Below the pieces are notes generated by a model. The model did not search any database. It was not told the DNA's origin and saw nothing but the letters and a program-made list of their open reading frames with translations. The translations under genes and the position numbers were made by a program. Positions 61,798 to 64,000 of a DNA stretch of 64,000 nt are shown here, in pieces. The DNA is from a virus: positions 1 to 64,000 of IMG/VR virus record IMGVR_UViG_3300032373_000002. One strand, written 5' to 3'. Position 1 is the first letter of the stretch, and each line of letters opens with the position of its first letter.

Positions 61798-62598
61798 ATG
61801 GGTGCAGGAAGGTTCAGCCTCAGCGGCTCCAGCGTGAGCGGCATCAGCTCCAGCATCGTCTGGGAGAACAGGCGAATCTGCTTTGATGTGGGCAACCCGT
61901 TCGAGGCGCTGAAGTGCGGCACAGTGCTCATCACCCACGGCCACCTGGACCACGCCGGTGGCCTGCCTCAGCACTACAACATCCGGAAGATGCTGGGGCA
62001 GCGCACCACCTACGTCCTCCCCCGCCAGCTGTTGCAGGAGACCGTAGGGGTGCTGAAGGGCTGGGCTGGGATCCAAGAGGAGGAGTACACCAGCCCCATC
62101 TTCGTGCCGCTCGACATCGGGCAAGAGCACTGCCTGGGAGGCAAGCTCTGGGTCAAGCCCTTCTACACCGATCACCGCATCGACTCCCAAGGCTACCTGA
62201 TCGTGGAGCGGCGCAAATCCCTCAAAGCCGAGTACAGAGGGCTGCCGGGAATGGGCCTGGGCAAGCTACGGCGAGGAGGGGTGGAGATCGACCAAGTGAT
62301 CGACATCCCCATGATCGCGTACACCGGGGACACCCGCGCCACCATCTTCGAGCGCGGAGAGGAATGGCTCAACGCCGAGGTCGTCATCACCGAGTGTACC
62401 TTCCAGGGAGAGTCGATCAGCCCCAAACAGGCTGCTGCGCGGGGACACACCCACCTCAGCCAACTCGTCGAGCGAGAGGCGGCGTTTCGACACTGCGGTA
62501 AGTTGGTCTTGACCCACCGTTCGAAGCGGTACAGCCTGAAGGACATGAACGAGGCCCTTCAGGCCACCCCCCTGGCTGACAAGGCCGTGTTTTTTTGA
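61798..62598 (+). CDS. rnz: tRNase Z (short, TM-type; metallo-beta-lactamase fold)
   Basis: ITHGHLDHAGG; TDH.IDSQGY; short exosite RKSLKAEYRGLPG..LG.LR..G; AYTGDT; TECTF; GHTH; LTH.SKRY. Confidence 0.85.
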   Translation: MGAGRFSLSGSSVSGISSSIVWENRRICFDVGNPFEALKCGTVLITHGHLDHAGGLPQHYNIRKMLGQRTTYVLPRQLLQETVGVLKGWAGIQEEEYTSPIFVPLDIGQEHCLGGKLWVKPFYTDHRIDSQGYLIVERRKSLKAEYRGLPGMGLGKLRRGGVEIDQVIDIPMIAYTGDTRATIFERGEEWLNAEVVITECTFQGESISPKQAAARGHTHLSQLVEREAAFRHCGKLVLTHRSKRYSLKDMNEALQATPLADKAVFF

Positions 62599-62605
62599 GG
62601 CTGGT

Positions 62606-63208
62606 ATGATCGACAAGAAGTCCATGACCGTCGAGGGTTGCGAACCCCTGAGCTACTGCCCGGACCTGTTCGCGGACCAGGCAGACCGGCTGCTGGAGCT
62701 GGTTCGCCCCCAGCTCCTCAGCAGGACCGAAGTCCGGCAGGAGTGCTTCCTGAGCCCGACTCCCCGAGACTACACCTACGGTGTGGGGCGGGGGGCGAGG
62801 ACCTACTCCAGCACCCCGATGTGCCGCGAGCTTCAGGAGTTCTTAAGCTCCGTGAGCATGGCGGTCAGCGTGTTCTGCGGCTACGGCATCGGGGCGAAGC
62901 GGTTCAATGCCGTCTTCGTGAATCAGTACCTGAACAAACGTCAGCACCTGGGGTGGCACGCCGACGACTCTCCGGAACAGGACCCCCACATGCCCATCGC
63001 CGTGGTCAGCTTTGGGCAGGCCCGTGAGATCTGGTGGCGCCCCAACGGCCAGAAGGGGGAGGTCCCTCCCTCTCAGCGCCAGATGCTGGAGCACGGAAGC
63101 CTGTTCGTGATGTCGCCGGGGTTCCAGGACCTGTACCAGCACCGGATCCCAAAGGGGGACCGAGAGATGGGGGAACGTCTCAGCTTCACGTTCCGTTGTT
63201 TCCGCTGA
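62606..63208 (+). CDS. AlkB-family 2OG/Fe(II) dioxygenase
   Basis: FNAVFVNQY....LGWHADD...IAVVSFG..R...LEHGSLFVM..GFQ..YQHRIPK......RLSFTFR. Confidence 0.9.
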   Translation: MIDKKSMTVEGCEPLSYCPDLFADQADRLLELVRPQLLSRTEVRQECFLSPTPRDYTYGVGRGARTYSSTPMCRELQEFLSSVSMAVSVFCGYGIGAKRFNAVFVNQYLNKRQHLGWHADDSPEQDPHMPIAVVSFGQAREIWWRPNGQKGEVPPSQRQMLEHGSLFVMSPGFQDLYQHRIPKGDREMGERLSFTFRCFR

Positions 63209-63366
63209 GACGTTCCCGGACCAAATAAACGACCCAACCCGAAACACTACGGGTATGCTTCCGGCAGGGATAGGTCAATAGTCCGACCCCGCCGGACTTT
63301 CCGGTGAGGGGAAATAATAGAACTATCCCTGCTTCAAGGTGAGTCACTGACGACCAGGAGTACGCC

Positions 63367-64000
63367 GTGGAAATTCCTTCTTGGGCGAGTGAGGTTTGGG
63401 ATACCTATTCGGAAGAGTTGCTGGCGAGGATGCGCCAAGACCCTCGAATCAGCCTTGGCCGGCCAACGATCCGCAAGATCACCGGGCTCAACGGACACAA
63501 GGCAGCGCTTCTCGCAAAGATGATCAAACAGGGCCAGTTCGGCCCTGTTCTGCATTCGGAGACCTCTGAATCCTCAGACGGAGGCTCCAAGGTTGAAGCG
63601 GAGGAAGACGAGAACAAGCGGACGGTTCTCGTCAAAGGCACGGGGGAGGTCACCAACCTCAAGGAATTGATCTCCGTCAGCGGAACAGACGTGGCCAAGT
63701 GGCGCCCCGTCCGGCACAAGGTCAATACCTGGACCACAGCGATGGGCGGCGACGACGGTCCGATCACCGTCCGCAATTGGCAGGTCAAGGCAGACTTCGA
63801 GCCGCGCCGCGATTTTGGCGTCCGGATGCCGAAGTTTAGCGAGCCGCTGCAGCGAGTGCCTCGCGAGTCGGAAGCCGCTCCCCCCACGGAGCGGTGCTTG
63901 CTTATCGGAGACCCGCAGTTTGGCTTCCGGCGCACCCGGAAGGGCTACCTGGAGCCGCTCCATGACCGTCGAGTGCTTGACGTGGCCCTCCAGATCGCTG
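63367..64000 (+). CDS. metallophosphoesterase-domain protein (runs off window)
   Basis: AGGAG RBS with GTG; open to window end; CLLIGDPQFGF...PLHD. Confidence 0.6.
   Translation, partial: MEIPSWASEVWDTYSEELLARMRQDPRISLGRPTIRKITGLNGHKAALLAKMIKQGQFGPVLHSETSESSDGGSKVEAEEDENKRTVLVKGTGEVTNLKELISVSGTDVAKWRPVRHKVNTWTTAMGGDDGPITVRNWQVKADFEPRRDFGVRMPKFSEPLQRVPRESEAAPPTERCLLIGDPQFGFRRTRKGYLEPLHDRRVLDVALQIA

Noticed and set aside
1-64000. Stop-codon reassignment or suppressor tRNA
   Set aside because: TAA, TAG and TGA all end genes with tight coupling to the next start, long genes are intact, and no canonical CTA, TTA or TCA anticodon was found.
1-64000. CRISPR array, transposase or integrase
   Set aside because: No regularly spaced repeats or recognisable motifs seen.

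Overview
A 64 kb segment of a large, GC-rich (roughly 60-65% by eye) contractile-tailed dsDNA phage genome, jumbo-phage-like, using the standard genetic code. Layout: (1) 19-2505 is an array of about 8 small diverged paralogs. (2) 2545-38640 is a lysis and tail/baseplate module: PG-binding endolysin, probable tail chaperones, tape measure, two tube-initiator-like paralogs, hub, spike, a 3661-aa structural protein and an Ig/LamG protein. It is interrupted by a cassette of small paralogous genes at 10801-14763. (3) 38683-44310 holds nucleotide/base-modification genes: ADP-ribosylglycohydrolase, TET/JBP dioxygenase, SWIM, Nudix. (4) 46246-57991 is an RNA-gene cluster. It has 10 conventional tRNAs, one class-II tRNA with a GGG anticodon, a free-standing GIY-YIG nuclease and many unusual tRNA-like and highly structured RNAs. 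(5) The end of the window carries a +1-frameshifted bL12 homolog, a TM-type tRNase Z, an AlkB dioxygenase and a truncated metallophosphoesterase. Best candidate for a new system: the tRNA cluster is headed by a complete ribosome-dependent attenuator (leader peptide ...FWRRYWR..., antiterminator, terminator, then a boxA-like element). Its sensing codons match the first downstream tRNAs (Tyr-GTA, Trp-CCA, Arg-ACG). The cluster also encodes a family of tRNA mimics, including one RNA with three T-arms, and many of its RNAs share a CTC trailer in place of CCA. All structures were paired by eye and no database searches were run.
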